Part shown: piece by piece, positions 20,149-29,970 of the stretch
How the letters are laid out: each line of letters starts with the position of its first letter
Position numbering within the stretch: the stretch's first letter is position 1
Virus record (IMG/VR): IMGVR_UViG_3300028030_000010
Location: 12,441-76,440 of that record
From: a virus
Reading direction: 5' to 3' (one strand)
Length of the DNA: 64,000 nt
Made by a program: the position numbers and the translations under genes
Notes under the pieces: model-generated
What the model saw: the letters and a program-made list of their open reading frames with translations, nothing else
Told to the model about the DNA's origin: nothing
Databases searched by the model: none

Positions 20149-20818
20149 GGATATTTTTGAAATTACACAATCTGATTTTAATGATAAAAATAATGTGAGT
20201 CTCAATGGTCCTATTTTAGATTTAGACAATCAAAACAAAAATTTAACCCTTTCTCCAAAAGGGATATTAGGCTATTATTTAGCTATTCTTCAAAAGATGT
20301 TCGAAGAAAATAATAAAAATGTTATTGTGAAACCATTTTTTCAGGAGGATTTTACTCCTAACAATTCTTCTCCAGTAATTTTTATAAACAGAGGCACATT
20401 GTCTCCGAGCCTAACAGCAGCACCTGGAGAAGCTTATCAAAACATAGATTTGAATATTCCATTCGAAGGAATAAACCCTAACGAAACCAAAAGCGCAAGT
20501 TTTCTTTTAAACCAACAAATGCAAATAAGAATATATGCAGCTAATAGAGCTGAATTAGAAGTTATTGCATATGAAGTATATAAATTAATTTTAGCTACAA
20601 GCGATGATGTATTAAGTGAAATTTTTGAGAATATTGTACAGGTTACACCTCCTATAATGAGCAGTATACAACCCTCTCCTAAAAGCTCTGATTATTATTA
20701 CATTGAATTAGACTGGCAAATAGTCTTTAAAGAATGCAATATTTTGATTTTCAAAGAAAAATTGCTAAAATATAGTCGTTTAGTAGTGCATGACCACGAT
20801 GCAAAAGAAATTCTATAA
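20132..20818 (+). CDS. Putative tail terminator or completion protein
   Basis: PVIFINRG...QIRIYAANRAELE; immediately upstream of the sheath. Confidence 0.45.
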   Translation: MEFTNKDIFEITQSDFNDKNNVSLNGPILDLDNQNKNLTLSPKGILGYYLAILQKMFEENNKNVIVKPFFQEDFTPNNSSPVIFINRGTLSPSLTAAPGEAYQNIDLNIPFEGINPNETKSASFLLNQQMQIRIYAANRAELEVIAYEVYKLILATSDDVLSEIFENIVQVTPPIMSSIQPSPKSSDYYYIELDWQIVFKECNILIFKEKLLKYSRLVVHDHDAKEIL

Positions 20819-20829
20819 AAGGAAAGAAG

Positions 20830-22965
20830 ATGTCATTAAGAATAAGACCTTACGTAAGTGTAGCTGAGTCAATTGCTCAAACAGCTCCTAACTTACTTCA
20901 AGTTACAATGCCAACTATTATAGTTGGACCTGCGGTGGATGAAAAAACTGGTTTTGACGCAGAGTTGGATTTTACTGTTATAAACAACGCTAGAATTTCT
21001 GATTTGCTTGCATTAGATTCTACTGGTAAAGTATTTAAAATTGCTGGTATTAGACCTGGTGCTACTATAGACGTGTCTAGCTTAGAGTTTGGTGCTAAAG
21101 AATTAAGTAGCGTTGTTGATTTTGCTGGGAAAGAACTTCATTTTCATGTTAAATCTTCTACAGAAAAACACATTCTTGTATTAGAAAGTGGAGATAATTA
21201 TGTTACAGAGCAAGATCTATTAGATAAAGGTGTTTTAATTGGGGATGATTTAACTATAAATCCTCCAACAGAAGATGATGCGCCATTTACATCTAAAATT
21301 AGAGACTTTGGTAGAGATGATGATGGAAATCTATTAGTGTATCTATGGGATGAAGTTCCTTATGATGTGGATGAGACCACTTCATTAACTGCAAGCATTA
21401 CAAAATATTTTAATAATGTAGCTTTAACTAAATCAGGCTTCACAATAGAAAATGTGGTAGGTTTTAGTGATAGCGTACTAATTAAAGGACCTGGTAGTTT
21501 TTCATTTGATTATTTTGTGTATCAGCCTACAGATGTAACTCCAGACTTTTCAAATATAAAAGTTTCAATTACTCCTTTAGTATTACCTAACACAAATCAA
21601 ATAAAAATAACAGCATCAGCAAAAGATGGAAGATTATTTAACTGGTTTGTTGCAAATAGAACAGATATTGCAAATCAAATCATTGATGTAAATTATAATA
21701 ACTATCAAACTATTATAGGTAAAGGAACAATTAAAAACAAATTAGGTAAAGCTCTTGAGCTAATAGCTAATGAAATTCCAGGATTTAATGTGAAAATTTT
21801 TGTAGTAGAAAATGATAGCGATGACGCTTATACAAAAGCTCTAAATATACTTTCAACATCTACTAAAGCTTATCAAGTTAGTTGCTTAAGTGATTCTGAA
21901 AATGTATTAAACGCTTTAATTGGTGCAATCAAAAAAGGTGAACAACCTGAAATTAGTGCATACAAAATGGGAATCTTTGCTCCAAGATTGCCTTTAATTT
22001 CTAAAAAACTAACACTAACTGATGCAACTATTACTGACAACGGAGATGGTACATTTACTATTGAAACTCCTACAGGTGGATTTAGTGTAAGTGGAATTAG
22101 AGAAGGTGATGTGATAATTGGTTCTGAAGATTTAAAAATCGCAGATGAAGAATATTACAATACAGTAGGAGAACCGTATACTGCTAAAGCAGTTGCAACT
22201 GTAACTACAGTAATCACTGATAAAAAACTTATAGTTACTCCTATTATATCTAACGCTAATGTTGCTGAGGCTTTAAGCGGTCAAAATATAGTATTTATTT
22301 CTATTAACAACAAAGATGTTGTTGCAGATAGAATTAAAAAATTAGCTGAAAGTATTAATAATATGCATATGGTGCTTGTTTTTCCTGATAAATTCATTAT
22401 AGATGAAGAATTAGTTCCTGGTTATTATGTTGCTAGCCTTCTAGCTGCTATAATGGGACATTTGCCTCCTCAACAAGGTTTAAGCAATCTATCTGTCAGA
22501 ACTGTTGATAGAGTAGTTGGGTCTTCTTTCTATTATACTGACACAGAATTAGATGAAATTGCGGCAAGTGGGGTTACTGTGTTAGCTCAATCAAGTTATG
22601 ACACTCCTCCATTTATAATTAGACAACTTACAACAAACATGAATTCTCTGGAAGAAATGGAGATTAATAAAGTTAGATGTTTAGATTATGCTGCTTTATC
22701 TATTAAAAATGTTGTAGATGGTTATGTAGGAAAAAGAAACGTTACTCAAAGAAACGTTAGTGATATAGCAGAGACAATTAAAGCTACTTTAAACAATATT
22801 ATTAGAACAACAGCAAATGACTTATTAGGAAGCGTGATTACTAGTTATAAAATAAACAATATTGCAATTCCTGAGGATGAGCCTGATGCTATCACAGGAG
22901 ATATAGAGGTGTATACACCAACATCTCTAAATGCAATTAGATTGTTTGTTAAATCAAAAAGTTAA
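20830..22965 (+). CDS. Contractile tail sheath protein
   Basis: N-terminal RPYVSVAE...IIVGPA; C-terminal PGYYVAS...PPQQGLSN...LDEIAASGV...IRQLTT...EINKVRCLDY...PTSLNAI; 711 aa. Confidence 0.88.
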   Translation: MSLRIRPYVSVAESIAQTAPNLLQVTMPTIIVGPAVDEKTGFDAELDFTVINNARISDLLALDSTGKVFKIAGIRPGATIDVSSLEFGAKELSSVVDFAGKELHFHVKSSTEKHILVLESGDNYVTEQDLLDKGVLIGDDLTINPPTEDDAPFTSKIRDFGRDDDGNLLVYLWDEVPYDVDETTSLTASITKYFNNVALTKSGFTIENVVGFSDSVLIKGPGSFSFDYFVYQPTDVTPDFSNIKVSITPLVLPNTNQIKITASAKDGRLFNWFVANRTDIANQIIDVNYNNYQTIIGKGTIKNKLGKALELIANEIPGFNVKIFVVENDSDDAYTKALNILSTSTKAYQVSCLSDSENVLNALIGAIKKGEQPEISAYKMGIFAPRLPLISKKLTLTDATITDNGDGTFTIETPTGGFSVSGIREGDVIIGSEDLKIADEEYYNTVGEPYTAKAVATVTTVITDKKLIVTPIISNANVAEALSGQNIVFISINNKDVVADRIKKLAESINNMHMVLVFPDKFIIDEELVPGYYVASLLAAIMGHLPPQQGLSNLSVRTVDRVVGSSFYYTDTELDEIAASGVTVLAQSSYDTPPFIIRQLTTNMNSLEEMEINKVRCLDYAALSIKNVVDGYVGKRNVTQRNVSDIAETIKATLNNIIRTTANDLLGSVITSYKINNIAIPEDEPDAITGDIEVYTPTSLNAIRLFVKSKS

Positions 22966-22975
22966 AGGATAAGCG

Positions 22976-23308
22976 ATGGCAACAATTTCAGTACAACAAA
23001 ACACAGGTTCTTGTAACGCAGTAATTGTTGGGTTCAATATTTCTTATGGAAATGATGCTCAACCTATTTATGAAGCTGGTCAAAAAAATATTTCTTGTGT
23101 AGTTGAAATTGAAGCAATGGCTCAAGTTTCAATTCAAAAAGCCCTCTTTAAAGAGGGGCAATATACTACGGAAGTTAGTGCTATAAATCTTGCAAAAGTA
23201 CCTAGCTTAACTTTGCAAGATGCAGTGGTTAAATACGGATACAGTGCTTCATCAGGTCAAGCATATGTTGTTGAAGATTTAACAATCATAGGAAGAAAGA
23301 GCAATTAG
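22976..23308 (+). CDS. Tail tube-like protein (short)
   Basis: Follows the sheath; FNISY...QPIYEAGQ motif; only 110 aa. Confidence 0.45.
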   Translation: MATISVQQNTGSCNAVIVGFNISYGNDAQPIYEAGQKNISCVVEIEAMAQVSIQKALFKEGQYTTEVSAINLAKVPSLTLQDAVVKYGYSASSGQAYVVEDLTIIGRKSN

Positions 23309-23311
23309 TTA

Positions 23312-25141
23312 ATGTTAGGATTCTTAAAAAGAAAAATTAAATTTCTTTCTTCCTCTTCTCATTCTAATGAAGAATCACCTTTTTCTGCAAAATTAGACAT
23401 AACAAAAGATAATATTTTTTTAGGTGTTGTTTTGGATGTTGATACAGAAAATGACTATATAAGAGTTCATTTATTTCATTTAGATGACGATATATCTATT
23501 CCTAATCAACTAGATTTAGGGTTGAAACAAAATGATATGGTTTTAGTTGCTAGGGGCGATGGAGTGTTCCATCTTTTAGGGAAAACCAACATTGAGCATA
23601 ACAAAAGTTTTCAGCATGTGTTTTCTATAAAAGATGGAACTCTTACAAAAAAGCCTGTAGATGGAAATGTAAGAAAATTTTATAAAGACATACATTTTGA
23701 TGATTTTACTCCTGGTGAGATAATTAGGCATATTAAAGTAACTGGATACAGAATAAATGAAAAATTTATTGATATATTTTCTGGAATAGCTAGATTTACT
23801 TTAACATTTAGTCATGCTTTTATGAGAGCTTACAATATAATGTTTAAGCTTGTAGAAAACGATTCATATATTCATTTCAAAGAAACTAAAGACAAAAAAG
23901 CATATCATTTCTTTTTTTGGTCCAATGAAGATAGTAAGCTAGATAAAAAATATTTTATAGAAATAAAAGGGGATGTGGAAACTTGTTTGAGTGAGAAAAA
24001 CATCAAAATTAACAACCCTCCTTTTGATTTTGACAATGTTGTCTACATGAAAATAATTATGTCATCAAAACCTTTTGCCAAAAAGAAATCTAAAATAGAA
24101 CACGAATACATAGACAGAAAAAATAACTTCATTGGAGAAGGGGAAGATAAAATAAATTCGAATGTATATGACAAAATAAATTCATTCACAAACGCTGAAA
24201 ATTTATTTGACAAAGAATTAAAGATAACTTTTAATTCTGTTGAGTTTTACCCAGCACTTATAGAAATAAATGATATTTATGGACATAGAAAGATATTTTC
24301 TATTTCTGAAACTATTGTTGTCATGAATGAAAGCAATCACTATAAAGAAAAAAATTTAATTATTACAGACAAAAATACACTAATATGGCAATCCTCTTAT
24401 GAAGAATACAACAACCCTTATTCTGAGAATTCTTTTAAAATTACTAAAAACTATTCAAACGAAGAATATCATAATTTTTATAACAGGCTAAATAAATTCT
24501 GGAGAGAGTATCAAGAGAGAAATCTATTTGTAAACATTCAAGCCGAACACTGTTCTAATTGTGATTTGAGAACAATGAAGATAGAATATAGTCCGATCTA
24601 TTATTTTAAAGGCAATAATATAAATTACCATTTACAAAATCAATCTGACAATCCACCAATATATTCTATTAACCTAGATTCACCAAATGGAAAAATAAAT
24701 AATATAATTTCTGTTGACAATGGTTTTATCTTAAATGGAAAAAAGGAAGGTGAAGATTTTGGTTTCTTATTAAATAAAACTTACTTTTTAAGTAAGGGTA
24801 TTGAAAATGTTATTTTTAATGAAGCAAAATTCGCATCTTTTAAAGATGCAAATACTTTTGTTAACAATTTACTTATTAACGAGTCTATTTCTGCTAAAAA
24901 GAATTTTATATTATCTAGTGGAAATAGTTTTATAGTAAAAGCAAAAAACATTTATCTAGAAGGTGAACAAATTGCCAGTAAAGCTGAATATATCACCTCT
25001 ATTGCATCTAAAAATATCGTTCTGTATGTATCTGACATTATTAGCGCAAGTCAACAAACTCAAACTTCTGCATTATTCCTAACTCCTAGTTTTATCAGCA
25101 CAACTCCAAACATTTCTTTACCAGGATACTGCAAATGTTGA
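23312..25141 (+). CDS. Putative baseplate spike (gp5/gpV-like)
   Basis: N-terminal OB-fold-like GVVLDVD...IRV...DMVLV; C-terminal beta-repeat-like tail ending CKC. Confidence 0.45.
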   Translation: MLGFLKRKIKFLSSSSHSNEESPFSAKLDITKDNIFLGVVLDVDTENDYIRVHLFHLDDDISIPNQLDLGLKQNDMVLVARGDGVFHLLGKTNIEHNKSFQHVFSIKDGTLTKKPVDGNVRKFYKDIHFDDFTPGEIIRHIKVTGYRINEKFIDIFSGIARFTLTFSHAFMRAYNIMFKLVENDSYIHFKETKDKKAYHFFFWSNEDSKLDKKYFIEIKGDVETCLSEKNIKINNPPFDFDNVVYMKIIMSSKPFAKKKSKIEHEYIDRKNNFIGEGEDKINSNVYDKINSFTNAENLFDKELKITFNSVEFYPALIEINDIYGHRKIFSISETIVVMNESNHYKEKNLIITDKNTLIWQSSYEEYNNPYSENSFKITKNYSNEEYHNFYNRLNKFWREYQERNLFVNIQAEHCSNCDLRTMKIEYSPIYYFKGNNINYHLQNQSDNPPIYSINLDSPNGKINNIISVDNGFILNGKKEGEDFGFLLNKTYFLSKGIENVIFNEAKFASFKDANTFVNNLLINESISAKKNFILSSGNSFIVKAKNIYLEGEQIASKAEYITSIASKNIVLYVSDIISASQQTQTSALFLTPSFISTTPNISLPGYCKC

Positions 25142-25554
25142 TTAGTTATTATGATTCTAATGTAAATTTAGCATATAACCATTATTACACATTTCACGAT
25201 TTAAAAACAAAGGACAGTTTAACTATATTAAAAGACCTTGAAGAAACATTAAATTTAAGCGAGAATAAATTTAAAGTTGCCAAAAGTGTATGTGGGGCCA
25301 CATTGATAGATGGAAAACTTTCATACATTTCATTAAGCGATTTGAAATACAAATATCCAGACAAATATAACAATTTAATTGAAGTATACACAAATTTATA
25401 CAATGTTTCTCTTAGTTCTATAAAATATGGAGACATGATTATTTCATACGATGAAAAATTTTATGTATCAGGCAATTCTCCAATTGAAAACATACGAAAT
25501 ATTGTGTATAATGTGTTATCAGTTTCTATACTAGAAGATTATAAAAAACTATAA
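25135..25554 (+). CDS. Hypothetical tail-module protein
   Basis: Position in the tail operon. Confidence 0.55.
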   Translation: MLISYYDSNVNLAYNHYYTFHDLKTKDSLTILKDLEETLNLSENKFKVAKSVCGATLIDGKLSYISLSDLKYKYPDKYNNLIEVYTNLYNVSLSSIKYGDMIISYDEKFYVSGNSPIENIRNIVYNVLSVSILEDYKKL

Positions 25555-25563
25555 AGGTAAAAC

Positions 25564-26172
25564 ATGGAAAAAGACATTGTAACAACAGTAAAAGAAGATC
25601 TATTTAAGAAAGAATCAGAAACTAAAACTCAACACGTAGATAATGATAAAATTCAAAACCAAACATTAAAAAACAAACCAAATGATGATTCGGAAAAATC
25701 AATTGAACAAATTTTATCAGAGCTTGAAAGAACAAAAGACGATTTGAAACAAGCGTTATTAGAATTAGCGGAAAACGATACCTATAAAGAAGAATTCAGT
25801 CTTTTAAATAAAATTCCTATTATTCTAGAAGTTCAAAAACCAATTACTGCAGATGCCTTTTATGAAATAATAGCTGAATTATCTGATGTAAGTATAAACA
25901 AATTTGAATTTATATATGGAATATACACAGTTGCTGCAACTTTAAAAAAATATAAAAACGTTGAGCTCAACGAACATTGTAAAAAACAATTGGAAGAAAA
26001 ACTTAGCAAAATAGATGATTTAGAAAAAGAGAAATTAATTTTAAAATGTAAAGCTGATTTTATAGAAAAAAATATTCCTTTACCTATTCTTTCTGCTTTA
26101 GAAAAAGAAGTTATCAGGTTTAATAGATTTGTTAATCTTTTTTCACGTAAGGAGATTCTGGATTTTTTATAG
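25564..26172 (+). CDS. Tail assembly chaperone (gpG-like)
   Basis: Upstream of the tape measure; ends in the slippery sequence T TTT TTA. Confidence 0.7.
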   Translation: MEKDIVTTVKEDLFKKESETKTQHVDNDKIQNQTLKNKPNDDSEKSIEQILSELERTKDDLKQALLELAENDTYKEEFSLLNKIPIILEVQKPITADAFYEIIAELSDVSINKFEFIYGIYTVAATLKKYKNVELNEHCKKQLEEKLSKIDDLEKEKLILKCKADFIEKNIPLPILSALEKEVIRFNRFVNLFSRKEILDFL

Positions 26173-26207
26173 AAGAAGAGTATATAGCTGACTATATACT
26201 CTTTTTT
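26149..26207 (+). promoter_or_regulatory. Programmed -1 frameshift signal: internal SD AAGGAG, TTTTTTA heptamer, downstream stem-loop
   Basis: AAGGAG 26149-54; TTTTTTA 26163-69; AGAGTATATAG-CTGA-CTATATACTCT 26177-26202, then a T run. Confidence 0.8.
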
Positions 26208-26474
26208 GGTAATAAAAAATCTATTTATCCGTTTATTAGAAAACTTATCTTTTTAGCCTACCAAGTTAAACAATCTCAGGAAAAGAAAAGGAGATTTTTA
26301 GAAACAAGCATACTTTCTACATCTATTTTGCTTACTAAAACAAAAAACAATAATTTTGATATAATATTTGACATGATGAAAGAATATGAAATTACTCTTT
26401 TCGGAAAAGATAAAAATGATGAACAAAATTTAGATATTGATGAGATTGTTGAATTTTTAAATAGAGGAAAGTAA
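26163..26474 (+). CDS. -1 frameshift extension of the tail chaperone (gpGT-like, about 303 aa in total)
   Basis: The -1 frame is open from the heptamer to TAA at 26472-26474, which abuts the tape-measure ATG; no good independent start. Confidence 0.8.
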   Translation, partial: FFIEEEYIADYILFFGNKKSIYPFIRKLIFLAYQVKQSQEKKRRFLETSILSTSILLTKTKNNNFDIIFDMMKEYEITLFGKDKNDEQNLDIDEIVEFLNRGK

Positions 26475-29400
26475 ATGTTTGCATATGATTCTAATTTTGA
26501 TTTAAACAATCCGTTTTATTTATATTTGTTAATGAAAGCTAAAAACAATCAACATATTTTTAATCATGCGATAGGATACAATCCATTTTTGATGCAAGAT
26601 GATGATAGTTATGGATTCGACATCATAAACCATGTACCTTATTTGAATAGTCCATTTGTTGAACACGATTTTGGGTTAAAAGACATTTGGCTTCAAAAAT
26701 GGGGAGCTTCTAGACAATTAGGGTTAAACAATATTTATGCTAATTTAGCTGCACAACAACAATATGAATTAGAAGCTGAAAGCTTAAAAATAGGACTTTT
26801 CTCGACAGGTTTACAAGTAGGAAGTTTGGCTTTAGGTGGATGGATTGGAATACCTATTGGAATGGGAATAGATTATTTAACAGACAAGTATAAAGAAAAT
26901 ATCCACAAAATATATGCTCAAAATCAAAAAGTAAATATATTAACTTCTGGTTTATTAGGAGAAACAGGGGTTGATACTGGTTTATCTGCAAAAGAAGTCA
27001 AAGGTATTTCTAGATATATTAGAAAACTAGCTGTAGATGATGATTTGTTTAGTGCAGACGATATTCAAGACATGATGCTTAAATTAACGAAAACAGGATT
27101 TTTAAACAATGTTAATTCTTCGCAAGAATTTAAAAAGATAACAAGAATTCTTAAAGATAGAGTTAAAGACTTAGCTGAATTTTTAGGAGAAACAGACCCT
27201 TCAAAATTATTAAACGATTTAGCTAAATATAAGAGTTTAGGATTTAACGCAAAACAATCATTTGATATGATTAAATCGATAAAGATAGCATCTGATTTAA
27301 GTGGGATTAACAAAGAATTAATAGGACAAATGATTGGATTAGCAACATCTCAAGAAAACCCTCTATCAATAGATAGAAGATTAGTAGCTAAACAGCTAAC
27401 CACTCAATTGTATCAAATAAACTATTTATCTAGAGGACCTTTTCAATCACATTATTTAACAAACAGAAAAGAATATATGAATGCATATATGACCGCAAAC
27501 CAAAAAGCAGAAGTTGCTCTAAATACTCAATTTGGATTTGATACAAATAAAGATGTGTATTTAGCTATGGTATATGCTCAAAAGCATAAAATTAGCTTGC
27601 AAAAAGCATTCGACATAATTCAAAATATGAACACTACACAAAAAAGCGAATTAGTTAATAAATTTTCTACAGAAATAAAAGACTTTAGTAGAATATTTTT
27701 TGATAAAAATGCTTTAGCTACAGTAGTTCAAGAAAACCCTGAAGTAGGTAACTTGCATATAAAAAGAACTCCTTTACAGAGATTGATAGATAGGGCTATA
27801 GAACAATTAGGTGGAAAAGCAACTGTCGAACAAATAGTTTCATTTTTGTCTCTAAATGGCTTTAATTCTAGAGAGATCTCGGCTGCAGTCCCTCTTATTG
27901 AAAACAGATTAAAGTTTGGCAATTGGAAAATGTTAGATTTACAAACAGAATCAGCTGAATTCAAAAAACAAACATTAGACATACTTAACGAAAGGATAAA
28001 ATATAAACAAAGACATGGATTTATTAACACTGTCGGCAGATGGATAAGAGGTGCAGAAAACTGGATCACAGAATTTTTTGGTGGAGGCACTGGAGAAGAT
28101 TTATTTAGCGAAGAGAAGCTCAGAGAAATGGCATTAAAATATAAAGCATCTGACAATAATGAATATAGCCTCTATTTTAGAAGTCAAAACTTTAAAGAAT
28201 TAACCGGAGCAAAAACATTTAAACAATATTTAAAAAATTTGGTTACCTATGGCAAAAAATACAAACACCCTCAGCTAACAGACGATAAAATAGAAGAAAA
28301 CTTGGAAGAAGTGTCTGATTTTGCTGACAAAACAGGCTTAGATAAATATTTTGACAAAGACTTTATTAGATATTCTTTTAAAAAAGAATGGTTAAAAGAA
28401 AATGTTTCTAATCCTTATCAATACTTCAAGCATTTATATAAAGAAAAATATAAAATGTTAAAATCTGATGATATGTTTAACAGCTTCTTAAATCCTTCAA
28501 TAGAAGTGTTTACTCAATTAAGGACTCCTACAAAAAAAGTTGCCGAGTTTTTAGAGGAACACCCTGAATATGGTCAGTTTATTTCAAATAAAGGTTTAAG
28601 AGGTAGATTCCAAGTTGAATTAATGGCGTCTCTTTATGATAAGAATTTGTTACCTGAACCGGCTAAAACAGCAAAAATAATGAAAGCAGCTAATTTATAT
28701 TTTGATTTAGCTAAATCAGGCAAACAAAATCAGTTTGAGGAAGAACTAAAAAAAAGAAACATTGTTCTAAATGAAGAGAGTATTAAAACCATAAAAGAAA
28801 CATATTCTGCTTATGCAGACAAAACAACTCAAAAATCAAAATTAATAGAAGCAGCAATAAAAGGAGATGCAGAAGAATTTAAAGCGCAATTATTTAAAAG
28901 TTATGCGTTAGATAATACAGATATTGAATCATTAAAAAGAGAATTCAAAGATTTAGGGGTTGATGAAGATTTTATCAACATTTTAAATAAAAGAGAATTT
29001 GGAAATTTATCAAATATTTTTAAATCTAGAAAAGAAAAAGAAGGTTTAAAGGCGGCAGAAAAATTTTTAGGGGTATTAAATAGTGTAAATATATCTAAAA
29101 ATGTTAGAAGTAAAATTGAAAAAGCCATAGAAAGTGGCGATAAAGAAGCTCTAGCTAAGGCAATAGACCTAATCAAAGATAAAAATGTAAAATACAAAGT
29201 AGCAAAAGGGGCTTTAGCTTTTACCCAATCAATGAAAGAACAAGATATTGATGAAGACGAATGGGGGAAACTATTTAAAATAGCAAAAATAGACACCAGA
29301 AAAAAAGCATGGAAAAACATAGAAAACATTACTCACTTATTAGGAATAGATTACGCATCTAATGAAGAAAAATTAAAAATTATCCAAAAATGGAGTCAAT

Positions 29401-29669
29401 CTCCTATAGAAGCTTTAGAGGAAATTAACAAAATAAGAAAAGCGCATCATCAGTCAAGTTTAGATTTGTCAGATTTAGATAGAATTGCTAAAATAACTTC
29501 AACTCAAAAACTTTTAGGATTGAAAGATAAATCAACTTTAAGTTTTATGGAAAAAGCGAGTCAATTAGATACTAAAAATCTTGAAGTAATGCAAGTAACA
29601 ATACAAAAAGAAATGTTAAAAGAAATGAGTGAATCAAGAAAATTATTGAAAAAAATTGCAGAATCTTAA
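26475..29669 (+). CDS. Tape measure protein
   Basis: 1064-aa helical protein after the G/GT chaperone pair; Gly-rich hydrophobic segment near the N-terminus. Confidence 0.75.
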   Translation: MFAYDSNFDLNNPFYLYLLMKAKNNQHIFNHAIGYNPFLMQDDDSYGFDIINHVPYLNSPFVEHDFGLKDIWLQKWGASRQLGLNNIYANLAAQQQYELEAESLKIGLFSTGLQVGSLALGGWIGIPIGMGIDYLTDKYKENIHKIYAQNQKVNILTSGLLGETGVDTGLSAKEVKGISRYIRKLAVDDDLFSADDIQDMMLKLTKTGFLNNVNSSQEFKKITRILKDRVKDLAEFLGETDPSKLLNDLAKYKSLGFNAKQSFDMIKSIKIASDLSGINKELIGQMIGLATSQENPLSIDRRLVAKQLTTQLYQINYLSRGPFQSHYLTNRKEYMNAYMTANQKAEVALNTQFGFDTNKDVYLAMVYAQKHKISLQKAFDIIQNMNTTQKSELVNKFSTEIKDFSRIFFDKNALATVVQENPEVGNLHIKRTPLQRLIDRAIEQLGGKATVEQIVSFLSLNGFNSREISAAVPLIENRLKFGNWKMLDLQTESAEFKKQTLDILNERIKYKQRHGFINTVGRWIRGAENWITEFFGGGTGEDLFSEEKLREMALKYKASDNNEYSLYFRSQNFKELTGAKTFKQYLKNLVTYGKKYKHPQLTDDKIEENLEEVSDFADKTGLDKYFDKDFIRYSFKKEWLKENVSNPYQYFKHLYKEKYKMLKSDDMFNSFLNPSIEVFTQLRTPTKKVAEFLEEHPEYGQFISNKGLRGRFQVELMASLYDKNLLPEPAKTAKIMKAANLYFDLAKSGKQNQFEEELKKRNIVLNEESIKTIKETYSAYADKTTQKSKLIEAAIKGDAEEFKAQLFKSYALDNTDIESLKREFKDLGVDEDFINILNKREFGNLSNIFKSRKEKEGLKAAEKFLGVLNSVNISKNVRSKIEKAIESGDKEALAKAIDLIKDKNVKYKVAKGALAFTQSMKEQDIDEDEWGKLFKIAKIDTRKKAWKNIENITHLLGIDYASNEEKLKIIQKWSQSPIEALEEINKIRKAHHQSSLDLSDLDRIAKITSTQKLLGLKDKSTLSFMEKASQLDTKNLEVMQVTIQKEMLKEMSESRKLLKKIAES

Positions 29670-29679
29670 AGGAATATAA

Positions 29680-29970
29680 ATGGCGAAATGCAAGGTAGTT
29701 TTAAGTAGAAACATTACTAAAACATATGAAGTTCCTATAGATAGTCCTATTAATGGCAATCAAAAAATACGAAAAGACATTGAGGTTAAAGGTGGCATAA
29801 TTGAAGCTTCAATATTAGAAACAAACGAGACATATCCTGTTACAGGTATGCTTTTTTCGTCTGTATTTACAGGTCCTTATATTGTGTCTTCACAAGGAGT
29901 TGTAAAAGAGGGTGGAGAATCACCTAACCCTAACTTGTTATCTACAACTACTATTTTAGGTGTAATGTAA
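29680..29970 (+). CDS. Hypothetical tail or baseplate protein
   Basis: AAGGA RBS; position after the tape measure. Confidence 0.55.
   Translation: MAKCKVVLSRNITKTYEVPIDSPINGNQKIRKDIEVKGGIIEASILETNETYPVTGMLFSSVFTGPYIVSSQGVVKEGGESPNPNLLSTTTILGVM

Noticed and set aside
26276-26509. Minus-strand 77-aa ORF in the gap before the tape measure
   Set aside because: The gap is explained by the plus-strand -1 frameshift frame.
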